IMG/VR virus record: IMGVR_UViG_3300017917_002795
Coordinates: 1-64,000 of that record
DNA from: a virus
Reading direction: 5' to 3' (one strand)
DNA length: 64,000 nt
The notes under the pieces are model-generated. The model was not told the origin of the DNA, made no database searches, and saw only the letters and a list, made by a program, of their open reading frames with translations. The position numbers were made by a program, and so were the translations under genes. Positions 17,584 to 25,721 of this stretch are shown here, piece after piece; the stretch's first letter is position 1, and each line of letters opens with the position of its first letter.

Positions 17584-17683
17584 AGTCAGGTGGCGGAATT
17601 GGTAGACGCAATAAGTTGTTAAATCTTAACCTTAGAATACAATAGGTATTACTTATTCACAGGTTCGAATCCTGTCCTGACTA
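17584..17683 (+). ncRNA. tRNA-like RNA copy 4
   Basis: Same acceptor, D-arm and T-arm; anticodon arm replaced by AATAAGT/ACTTATT enclosing GTTAA/TTAAC and AATAC/GTATT. Confidence 0.75.
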
Positions 17684-17784
17684 CAAAAAAGTTTAAAAAA
17701 GTTTGCAAAAGATTAGGATCCTATCCGTATTTTCCTTATCTTTATGTATAGTAATTAAGAGTTATAAACCTAAAAAAGAGAGAA

Positions 17785-18525
17785 ATGGCAAAAAGAATCA
17801 ATGTAAGCAATGGCGTAATCATCACAGATACAGCAAGTATCCGTCAGTATGTGAAAGAAACCAAGAAACCGGCAACATTCAGTCTAGCTGAAGAAAAGAC
17901 GTTGTTAACCGCAGCACAATCCGGTGACCTCCAAGCACGAGACACAATCATCCGAGCCAACCTTCGCTTTGTGATTCAAGTAGCACGAAGCTTCCAGGGA
18001 ATGGGATTGGAATTGGAGGATCTCATTGCATTTGGTAATGTAGGTTTGTTTGAGGCTGTGGATCGTTATGATGCTGCAAAGGATTTCAAATTCATTACGT
18101 TTGCTGTGTGGTATGTGCGCGCTGAGATTCAAAAGGCACTCAATGACCTATCCCGCGTAGTTAGGATCCCTTCCCATAAGACTACCACAGAAACCCAAAG
18201 CATTAAAAGCATACACGCTCCGGTAGGTGAAGACGAAAACAAAGAGACATATGCAGATCGTTTCCTAGAAGCCGAGTCCGGTAAATCACAGCGCGACATC
18301 AATGACCTTCGCTTTGACTTGCACCGAGCATTGAATCAGCTGCCAGAGAAGCAAAGAGAAGCTGTGACACGCTTTTATGGTATTGATAGGGAATATGCTC
18401 AGTGCATGGAACAAATTGCTGAGGAGCTTAATATAACGGGAGAGCGTGCAAGACAATTAGTTAGAATGGCTGAGATGTCTTTGAGAGCTATGCCGGGTAT
18501 TAAATTGCTTGAGCAATATTTGTGA
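17785..18525 (+). CDS. Phage RNA polymerase sigma-70 family factor (RpoD/SigA-like)
   Basis: ANLRFVIQVA, DLIAFGNVGLFEAVDRYD, KFITFAVWYVR; region 4 IAEELNITGERARQ. Confidence 0.93.
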   Translation: MAKRINVSNGVIITDTASIRQYVKETKKPATFSLAEEKTLLTAAQSGDLQARDTIIRANLRFVIQVARSFQGMGLELEDLIAFGNVGLFEAVDRYDAAKDFKFITFAVWYVRAEIQKALNDLSRVVRIPSHKTTTETQSIKSIHAPVGEDENKETYADRFLEAESGKSQRDINDLRFDLHRALNQLPEKQREAVTRFYGIDREYAQCMEQIAEELNITGERARQLVRMAEMSLRAMPGIKLLEQYL

Positions 18526-18564
18526 AAAATTTGGAGTTGTGCATATTTATTTATATAATATAAT

Positions 18565-18931
18565 AGAATGCCTGAGAACCATTCTGCCATAATATGATAA
18601 ATAAAGTTGGCGCCGGGTGGAGTTCTCAGCAGCACAGGTGCCGACACGATATAAAGGGTGTCAGCAATGGCGCCCTTTCTTTATGTTACTGCGGTCCTGA
18701 GAACATCGCTGAATCTTTCAAAACAGATAATCGCCCTGAGACAACAGCGAGATATTGAGATGTGTCGATTCATTAGGGTAGTGCCGATGAGTCTTGCAAC
18801 ACATTGCATCATGTCGAGTTTATTTGCAGTCTTTCAAGTTTGGGCATGATCCTCATTAATCTGAGTCTACAGTTAAAATAAAGTACTGGTTAAGATATTT
18901 CCTTTCAGGTCAGCTCGATAAATCTTCGCTG
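18565..18931 (+). ncRNA. Large structured ncRNA candidate B
   Basis: Late motif at 18543; many G-U-rich stems, a GCAA tetraloop, repeated loop CCTGAGAAC complementary to loop GTTCTCAG. Confidence 0.7.
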
Positions 18932-19016
18932 AAAAAAGTTTAAACATTTCTGGAAAAAGATTAGGATCGCATTATTATTTTGCTTATCTTTATATTATAA
19001 ATAAAAAATAAGAGAT

Positions 19017-19259
19017 ATGAAAAATTTAACGATTAACGATTGGGACCTAGTAGAAAATGCGAAAACCTTCTTTAAAGGAGACGCTGACTTAGCACAAGAT
19101 TGGCTAGAAATGTTTTCAGATTTCGGAGACGTTCCGTTGTCGGAATTAGTTGAGCCAGCTGCCGAGTTTGCAATTGAGAACGAATTACCGTTCCGGGTAT
19201 TAGACGCGATAGATCAAAATGAGGACGGCGAAGTAACTTGGATTATAGAAATGCAGTAA
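19017..19259 (+). CDS. Highly acidic pre-early protein
   Basis: Cassette promoter; D/E-rich. Confidence 0.8.
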   Translation: MKNLTINDWDLVENAKTFFKGDADLAQDWLEMFSDFGDVPLSELVEPAAEFAIENELPFRVLDAIDQNEDGEVTWIIEMQ

Positions 19260-19337
19260 AAAAGTTGGAAAAAAGTTTGCGGATCGGTAGGTTCGCATTC
19301 TTTTTTTCCTTATCTTTATAGTATAAAATTAAGAGAG

Positions 19338-19424
19338 ATGAAAGACACCGCAAGCACGTTAATTTACCTGAGTTTTTTACTCAATGTAGTTTTAATCCTT
19401 AAATGTTTAACCCGTAAAAAATAA
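19338..19424 (+). CDS. 28-aa membrane peptide MKDTASTLIYLSFLLNVVLILKCLTRKK
   Basis: Behind cassette promoter 19288. Confidence 0.55.
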   Translation: MKDTASTLIYLSFLLNVVLILKCLTRKK

Positions 19425-19429
19425 GAGAC

Positions 19430-19522
19430 ATGAATCCACAAACACAAGAAGAATTCGAAATGATGGTAACACAGATTACCCTGGCAGTTGAGGCAGTGAT
19501 ATTATCCACGATCCGCAGCTAA
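19430..19522 (+). CDS. 30-aa peptide MNPQTQEEFEMMV...
   Basis: AAATAAGAGAC leader. Confidence 0.55.
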   Translation: MNPQTQEEFEMMVTQITLAVEAVILSTIRS

Positions 19523-19606
19523 AAAAAGTTTAAAAAAAGTTGCCAAAAAGGTTGGCACATTGAAAAAAAATCATTAAATTTATAGTATAATTAAAAAATA
19601 AGAGAT

Positions 19607-20548
19607 ATGATGAGTAATGTTTTTGAGCCAGTAAGAATTAAAGGCAAATTAGTAGCAAAAAATGTAGTAACCGGAGAGATTGCAGATCCTGGATTAATCC
19701 GAGGAATTGTTATCCGCGCAGCAGAACAAGAACGCCAAGTAATGATAGTGTCGGATACAGGCCGCGTAACAAGAATGTCAATGGCAGGCACTGGCGTCAC
19801 ACCAACTCCAGGCAAAATGTCCTTTATGTCGGTTAAGCAGCAACAGGATCCACAAGAGATGTTTGAGAACATTGAACGCCTAACCAAAATGGTAGGACGA
19901 GGGATCCAACCCAGCTTAGTAGTAACTGGTGGTGCCGGAATGGGTAAGACACACTTAGTTAAACAAACCCTAGAAAGCTTAGGTCTTCAAGAGTCATATG
20001 ACTTTGTGCACTTCAAAGGACGATGCACAGCAGCAGGACTATACATAACCCTATATGAGAATTCGGATAAGATTGTTGTGTTAGATGACTGTGACTCCGT
20101 GTTCCGAGATATGGATGCAGTTAATATCCTTAAAGGTGCCTTAGACAGTTACGATTCTCGTAAAATATCTTATATAACAAGCAAAACGTTTAAAGACGAA
20201 TTTGGTATGGAGGTACCTCGTCATTTTGAATTCACCGGCAAAATTATATTCATCTCAAATATATCTCAAAGTCGTCTAGACGAAGCAATCCGAAGCCGTA
20301 GCTTTGTGGCGGATGTGGACCTGACAACGGAACAAGTATTTGCTCGTATGCATCAATTAATTGACAAAATGGAACCGCGCATTCCCATAGCAGCTAAACA
20401 GCAAGCACTCGAATTAATGAGGGAGTTAGATGCGGATTTTGATGGCATTGAAATCAACCTCAGAAGCTTTATTAAAGCAGCTCGTATATGTGCAATGGGA
20501 TTTGAGAATCCAAAAATGATGATTGCAGAACAAATTTGCTCTCAATAA
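19607..20548 (+). CDS. AAA+ ATPase
   Basis: Walker A GGAGMGKT, Walker B VVLDDCD, sensor FISN, Arg finger AIRSR. Confidence 0.9.
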   Translation: MMSNVFEPVRIKGKLVAKNVVTGEIADPGLIRGIVIRAAEQERQVMIVSDTGRVTRMSMAGTGVTPTPGKMSFMSVKQQQDPQEMFENIERLTKMVGRGIQPSLVVTGGAGMGKTHLVKQTLESLGLQESYDFVHFKGRCTAAGLYITLYENSDKIVVLDDCDSVFRDMDAVNILKGALDSYDSRKISYITSKTFKDEFGMEVPRHFEFTGKIIFISNISQSRLDEAIRSRSFVADVDLTTEQVFARMHQLIDKMEPRIPIAAKQQALELMRELDADFDGIEINLRSFIKAARICAMGFENPKMMIAEQICSQ

Positions 20549-20555
20549 TATATCT

Positions 20556-20594
20556 CGGCAGGATCCGGCATCGCAAGGTGTCGGATTTCTGCTG
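20556..20594 (+). terminator. Long GCAA-capped hairpin (terminator or processing site)
   Basis: CGGCAGGATCCGGCATC-GCAA-GGTGTCGGATTTCTGCTG; no U-tail on +. Confidence 0.5.
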
Positions 20595-20680
20595 TAAAAA
20601 AGTTGGAAAAAAGTTGCTAAAAGATTAGGTTCATGTTGATATTTTCATTATCTTTATATTATAAATAAAAAATAAGAGAT

Positions 20681-20917
20681 ATGAAAAGAGAACAAATGAT
20701 TGCCGAAATCCAAAAACAAGAAGCAGCCCTATTCTTAATGCTCAAGCAGACAGAGCGTGATTATGGAACCGATGCAAGCCTCACCACACAATTGAGAACA
20801 CGTTGGGGCACCATCATTGACTTAATGGCGGACTTAGGCATTGAGCAAGACTTCATGCTGCCAGACAGCAAACAAGCCTTAGCCATAATACTAGCAGAAC
20901 GAGACAAGGCGGCATAA
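20681..20917 (+). CDS. Hypothetical pre-early protein
   Basis: Cassette promoter and leader. Confidence 0.8.
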   Translation: MKREQMIAEIQKQEAALFLMLKQTERDYGTDASLTTQLRTRWGTIIDLMADLGIEQDFMLPDSKQALAIILAERDKAA

Positions 20918-20954
20918 GATATCACAAGCAAACATCGGGTGCGAGAGACGCACT

Positions 20955-21272
20955 GGGAGGGGGGTGTATAGCCCCCCTTTCAACACCCCCGGTTAGCCCC
21001 CCTTAGACCCCCTTGTTTTGGGGGGTGGGGGAGGGTTTCATTAAGGGGGTAAAAGACCCCATCTAGGTATGGGTATTGATATATGTTTTTCTAGCACGGG
21101 TAAGATTTTTGCTATATAGGTGCTCTTTATTAGGATATGCGGTGCATATAATATATTCGTGCCGGCCCTGTATCTCCTAGCAGCTCCCTGGTATCTCCCG
21201 GTACTGCCAATACTGCCACCTATCTGCCAATACTCCCTAACAATCCTATTAGCACTTATTAGAACTTATTAT
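20955..21272. repeat. Non-coding G/C homopolymer tracts followed by short degenerate tandem repeats
   Basis: C5-6 x4, G3-6 x4, hairpins; CTGCCA x3; CTTATTA/CCTATTA x3. Confidence 0.75.
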
Positions 21273-21295
21273 CTAGGTAACGTATATTTATTAGT

Positions 21296-22024
21296 ATGAT
21301 ACGACTTAAAGACTTACTGCAAGAACGCATTGTGTATCCTCTAGACGTAGTGCAACGCGTTGCGCAGAGCATGGGTGAATCTGTAACTGAGGAATTAGGC
21401 CGTGGAGCCAATGGTGTTGCGTATGCCTTGGAATCAGGACGTGTCTTAAAGATTACACCGGATCAAGCTGAGGTAGCACTTGCAACTCGTTTGCGCACCA
21501 AGCGGTTATTCAAGCACATCGTAAATGTGTATGATGTGCGCAAGATGGCAGCGTCATACACAAAGGCTGTTGAATTTACTGCAGGTGACAATTGGGTGAT
21601 CATCATGGACCATGTAACACCACTCACAGATAATCATCGTCGCATATGGAATGAGATACGTTATACCTATATGGATCTGCGTGTTTCAGATGCCGAGTTA
21701 CGTGCACGTATACCTAAATTAATAGCCAATGACTTTAAAGCAGAACGAGATGATGCATTTATTCAGCGCATTATGCCACAGCGCAAAGGTCTCATGCGAG
21801 ACTTTAACGAGTTGCGCATTGTGCATCGCGAAGCACATGGGGCTAATATGGGATGGAATCGACATGGTAGCTTGGTGCACTTTGATGCTTGGCAACATGC
21901 CCATTACACCAAAGTACCTGTGTGGATGCACCATGCAGCCAAAACACAAGGCTATGAAATGCCGCGCAACATGGATCCTTATAAAAAGTCGTTGGGCACG
22001 GACATAAACCCGGAGACACTATGA
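21296..22024 (+). CDS. Protein kinase-like fold protein with shared N-terminal leader
   Basis: LGRGANGVAY, VLKIT, HGANMG, VHFD; E stands where the catalytic D is expected. Confidence 0.75.
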   Translation: MIRLKDLLQERIVYPLDVVQRVAQSMGESVTEELGRGANGVAYALESGRVLKITPDQAEVALATRLRTKRLFKHIVNVYDVRKMAASYTKAVEFTAGDNWVIIMDHVTPLTDNHRRIWNEIRYTYMDLRVSDAELRARIPKLIANDFKAERDDAFIQRIMPQRKGLMRDFNELRIVHREAHGANMGWNRHGSLVHFDAWQHAHYTKVPVWMHHAAKTQGYEMPRNMDPYKKSLGTDINPETL

Positions 22025-22551
22025 TACGATTCGCCGACTTGCTGGCCGAAATTACATTGGGAAACATTCAACCATATGCTCGTCAGTTCCCATGGGAATC
22101 AATGTCAAATATCGATGATGCATACGAGGCTCGATTCATGGCTGATGGCGTTGAAATAGTAATGACCATGATGCATGGAGGTGACAATGAATGGTATTTT
22201 GCGTTTTTAATGCCCACTGCACAAACGAATGCTTGGAACAGCGGACGGACTACTTCACATTCTAAAAGTGGTGCAGTGGGACAACTTAACTATTTACGGC
22301 TCATACGTACCGCTGGAGAAGCGATACTAGATTTTTGCACAACACACACACCCGGAGCTGTTAATATATCTGGAGCTGATAGTTCCGCGGACAAAGAATC
22401 GCAAAAGACACGTATGTATGCTGCATTTGTTAGAGACAACGCTGCACGTTTAGCAGCAGCAGGATACACCACAATGCATCGCGGAGATCAATTGTGGTTA
22501 GTGCGTCGTAGTGATGCTGATGCAACGGGAGTAGAATCAGAGTCCCGTTAG
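22021..22551 (+). CDS. Hypothetical protein with shared leader (MIRFADLLAE)
   Basis: ATGA-coupled. Confidence 0.8.
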   Translation: MIRFADLLAEITLGNIQPYARQFPWESMSNIDDAYEARFMADGVEIVMTMMHGGDNEWYFAFLMPTAQTNAWNSGRTTSHSKSGAVGQLNYLRLIRTAGEAILDFCTTHTPGAVNISGADSSADKESQKTRMYAAFVRDNAARLAAAGYTTMHRGDQLWLVRRSDADATGVESESR

Positions 22552-22636
22552 GGGCGTGAGTCAGCGGAGGCCTGTAGGGCTGCAGCGGACGAGCGTATTC
22601 ATACCGGGTTAATTTGTTATTCGGATATTTATTATT

Positions 22637-23140
22637 ATGATACGACTACGAGACTTATTGGAACAATTGGGACAACTAGATTCAGTACGAGATGAAATTC
22701 TCCGACGTGTGCCATTTTTAAAATCGTTCAATGTTTCTAATCATCCTCGCGATCCTAAACGTCTTGAAGCGCAACGCGTTGTATACAATAAAGATGTACG
22801 AACTACGATGGGCGATGACATAATTATATTTCCACAATTCAATGTATCATCTAACGTAACGTATTATCCGCATGTTGTTGATGCATATACATTTCATAAC
22901 TTTGTCGTTAAAAATGAAATACATGCAATGCAACCCAAGGATATGGATGATTTAACATTTCGTGTATTTTTATATGCAAAGAAATCGTTGGAAGATAAAT
23001 TGTCATATAGTAAAGAGTTAATGGTGCCAACCGGAGAACCTATACCGACGCAAGATATGAATGACATTGTTAATGCAATGAATAAAACATTTTTTGAAAT
23101 TGAAGAATATACTAAAAACCATAATATAGATTTGTTCTAA
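22637..23140 (+). CDS. Hypothetical protein with shared leader (MIRLRDLLEQ)
   Basis: Late motif at 22625. Confidence 0.8.
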   Translation: MIRLRDLLEQLGQLDSVRDEILRRVPFLKSFNVSNHPRDPKRLEAQRVVYNKDVRTTMGDDIIIFPQFNVSSNVTYYPHVVDAYTFHNFVVKNEIHAMQPKDMDDLTFRVFLYAKKSLEDKLSYSKELMVPTGEPIPTQDMNDIVNAMNKTFFEIEEYTKNHNIDLF

Positions 23141-23508
23141 TGATACAGTTAAAACATTTACTGGAGAATTTGGATACTTCGAAAATCAAAATTCGTAGTA
23201 CTCTAGTTAATGGTTTGCTGGTTTATTTGCCTACATATGATGGTGAACGTATGGGAGCATTTCGTTTACGTCCTCATGGTACGGATTGGCAAATTGATTC
23301 TGTTTTGCTTTACGATCGATTCAAAGGCGCGGGCATTGGTAAAGGGATGTATCGTTTCATTATCAAACATTTAGCACAACAACAGAAAAAATTGTATTCT
23401 GATAAGATGCAATCTCAGGAAGCACTTAATGTTTGGCAGAGTTTAGTTACTGCTGGACTTGCCATTCCTTTAGAAGGTGGAACATTTGTATCGAAGGTTA
23501 CAGCATGA
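23140..23508 (+). CDS. GNAT acetyltransferase-like protein with shared leader
   Basis: IDSVLL...FKGAGIGKGMY (motif A); SQEALNVW. Confidence 0.8.
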   Translation: MIQLKHLLENLDTSKIKIRSTLVNGLLVYLPTYDGERMGAFRLRPHGTDWQIDSVLLYDRFKGAGIGKGMYRFIIKHLAQQQKKLYSDKMQSQEALNVWQSLVTAGLAIPLEGGTFVSKVTA

Positions 23509-23951
23509 TATCACTTAACGGCATACTTACGGAACTTTTAATTGAACAGATTGCTGCTTCGCAAGTTGATCCCGTGCTAGACGGAGAAAATGGAAAGTTT
23601 TGGCACGTTACATTTGATTATACAGGCCCAGATGGCGTTACTTCTCAACGTTGGTGTCAATTATATCAGCGAAACATTACTACGCGTGGCAATGGCGCTA
23701 TATCTGCATATCAAGTATCACGTGATGGTCAATTAACAGGACCAGGTGGTGAATCATATGAAGGATGGAGAATATTTCGTTTAGACCGAATGCGCAACCT
23801 TAAAGTATCGCGTGTTCCTTTCTATCAGCCTCAAGCAGGGTTTAACCGTACTGGTAACCAAACTCCAAGTATCCGACAAACTGTTAAGATTGCTCCGGTT
23901 GGAACTTATCAATATAAGAATCCAAATTATCAGCCTAAACAAACTACTTAA
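23505..23951 (+). CDS. Stand-alone WYL-domain protein with leader
   Basis: VTFDY...AYQ...GWRIFRLDRM. Confidence 0.75.
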   Translation: MISLNGILTELLIEQIAASQVDPVLDGENGKFWHVTFDYTGPDGVTSQRWCQLYQRNITTRGNGAISAYQVSRDGQLTGPGGESYEGWRIFRLDRMRNLKVSRVPFYQPQAGFNRTGNQTPSIRQTVKIAPVGTYQYKNPNYQPKQTT

Positions 23952-24208
23952 AACTTTCTTGCATTTTTCTTGGTTTGCATCAATTTTTTTCTTATATTTA
24001 AGGTATAAAAATTAAACATATGAAAAAAGTATTCAAAACATGTTTGGTTATTGCAGTGTTTTTAGTTGCAATATATATCAAGTACAAATATATGCATGTA
24101 TATTATATAGTTGAATAAAAAATATATTATAAAGTTTCTGAATACACAGTAACTTTTTTTCAATTCTACGATATATCCTGATATTTATGGTAAATGAAAG
24201 GATAGGGG

Positions 24209-24475
24209 GTGATGGGACCGGAAGACATTGCGAAATTGACTCGAGATTTCGAACAGTTACGAGAATGTTATATACATTGGTTGGATCGTAATTTATATGA
24301 TTTAGCAGAAGAAGGTTCTATATCACATTATGATTATCAGCATGTTTTATTTGATGCATATGATTTTACCATAGATCCAACAGATTTCATCGATTTCATA
24401 AAACAAAAACATGGATTAGATACTGCTGAAGATATATTGCAATTTTTAAGTAGATTCTTGAAATGTATGGAATGA
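24209..24475 (+). CDS. Hypothetical protein
   Basis: Late motif at 24181. Confidence 0.6.
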   Translation: MMGPEDIAKLTRDFEQLRECYIHWLDRNLYDLAEEGSISHYDYQHVLFDAYDFTIDPTDFIDFIKQKHGLDTAEDILQFLSRFLKCME

Positions 24476-24506
24476 TATATTTATATGTGTAAAAGGAATT
24501 GAAAAA

Positions 24507-24878
24507 ATGTTAAAACTTAAATCTTTAATTAAAGAAGGTTTTGCGTGGGAACGCAAAGCAGATGGATCTTTGCCTACCCTTAAAGATGCTATAGCAGTAC
24601 ACGAAGCCAATCAGAGTGTTAAACCTGATTATATCGACCTAGATAAAGATGGTAATAAAAAAGAGCCTATGAAAAAAGCTGCTAAGGAAGTAAATGAAGG
24701 TAAAGATGATTCTATTCTAGACTTAGTTTCTAGAGCCGAAGATATGGTTCAAAATCTACGTAGAAATATGGCTACTAATAGTGTATTACAACGTGAAGAG
24801 AAAATGGGATATCTTCGAGCTTATGACGAATTGCTAGATGTATTGAGTGATATTGGCTACCAAGCTGAAATGGAATAA
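24507..24878 (+). CDS. Putative internal head protein (PDYIDLDKDGNKKEPMKKA motif)
   Basis: Leader MLKLKSLIKE; DxDxDG motif recalled from T4-like phage proteins. Confidence 0.75.
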   Translation: MLKLKSLIKEGFAWERKADGSLPTLKDAIAVHEANQSVKPDYIDLDKDGNKKEPMKKAAKEVNEGKDDSILDLVSRAEDMVQNLRRNMATNSVLQREEKMGYLRAYDELLDVLSDIGYQAEME

Positions 24879-24923
24879 AAATGCCTGCTACCTTAGGCAA
24901 TACGTTGTGAGGTAAACGTACGG

Positions 24924-24952
24924 AGTGCTAGTAGAAATATTAGCACTTTTTT
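24924..24952 (+). terminator. Intrinsic terminator
   Basis: AGTGCTAGTA-GAAA-TATTAGCACT plus T run. Confidence 0.8.
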
Positions 24953-25068
24953 ACTGTTTAGATATTTATTAATATGAAAAGTATATTTGCATTCTTAGTA
25001 GGTTGTGTAGCAATAATCGTGCTAGGACATTATGCATTTTACGAAATGTTATTTATCAAGGTCAATCA

Positions 25069-25575
25069 ATGAGTACAATTAAAACACCAAAAACATTAGC
25101 TGATGCATCCGTAAAAATTTTAACAGAACGGTTAGGGGATGAATACACAGCTCATTATTTTTATCGCAATGCAACAAATTGGTGTGCTGGGATAGGTTAT
25201 ATGAAAGCCGCAGCATTTTTTGCGCAAGAAGCCGAAAATGAATTAGAACATGCAAAAGGATTGCAGAAATATCTAGTAGATTGGAACGTAATGCCTTTAT
25301 TACCGTCAATCAAACCAAACATCACATTCACAGATCTAATTGATATAATTAATAAAGCATACGCATTAGAATATGCCTTATTTGAAGCGTATATGCGTGA
25401 TTCAAAATCTTTATTCGAAACAGATTTGAATACATATGATTTTTTAACTGCATACCGCACCGGGCAAAATGATTCAGTAATTGAATATTCTGATTTATTG
25501 AATGCTGCAGAACTGATTGATACAAATAATAAGTTTGAAATACTATATTTCGAACAAACATATTTTCAAGGATAA
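25069..25575 (+). CDS. Ferritin-like protein
   Basis: E..AHYFY...W...G...AAAFF..EA..ELEHA ferroxidase pattern; Q..S..E. Confidence 0.85.
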   Translation: MSTIKTPKTLADASVKILTERLGDEYTAHYFYRNATNWCAGIGYMKAAAFFAQEAENELEHAKGLQKYLVDWNVMPLLPSIKPNITFTDLIDIINKAYALEYALFEAYMRDSKSLFETDLNTYDFLTAYRTGQNDSVIEYSDLLNAAELIDTNNKFEILYFEQTYFQG

Positions 25576-25577
25576 CA

Positions 25578-25721
25578 ATGGCAAAGGTTAAAGCAAATAC
25601 CGTAAGTACACATATTAAACGTCCAAAAGTTAAACGTCCGGGCGTGCACGCAAAATCAAAATCATCTACAAACAAAACCAGTAAAAATTACGTTAAGTCA
25701 TATGTAGCTCAGGGAAGATGA
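25578..25721 (+). CDS. 47-aa basic protein (KRPGVHAKSKSS...YVAQGR)
   Basis: Read by hand; ATGA overlap with next gene; resembles phage YRGQG-ending basic peptides. Confidence 0.7.
   Translation: MAKVKANTVSTHIKRPKVKRPGVHAKSKSSTNKTSKNYVKSYVAQGR

Larger units (their letters stand above)
15180..20680 (+). promoter_or_regulatory. Ten repeated strong promoter/leader cassettes (AAAAAAGTT..AAAAGAT-TAGG/TTGG-N19-TATCTTTA/TAAATTTA..AAATAAGAGAT-ATG)
   Basis: -33 boxes at 15180, 15411, 16236, 16522, 16848, 17714, 18962, 19288, 19552, 20626, each with a 19-bp spacer; matches Bacteroidota sigmaA geometry. Confidence 0.85.

Noticed and set aside
18399-18849. ORFs 18658..18849 (+) and 18399..18647 (-)
   Set aside because: They coincide with the structured RNA or the sigma gene and have no leader
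22552-22610. GC-rich intergenic stretch
   Set aside because: Only weak pairing found; no convincing structure or repeat
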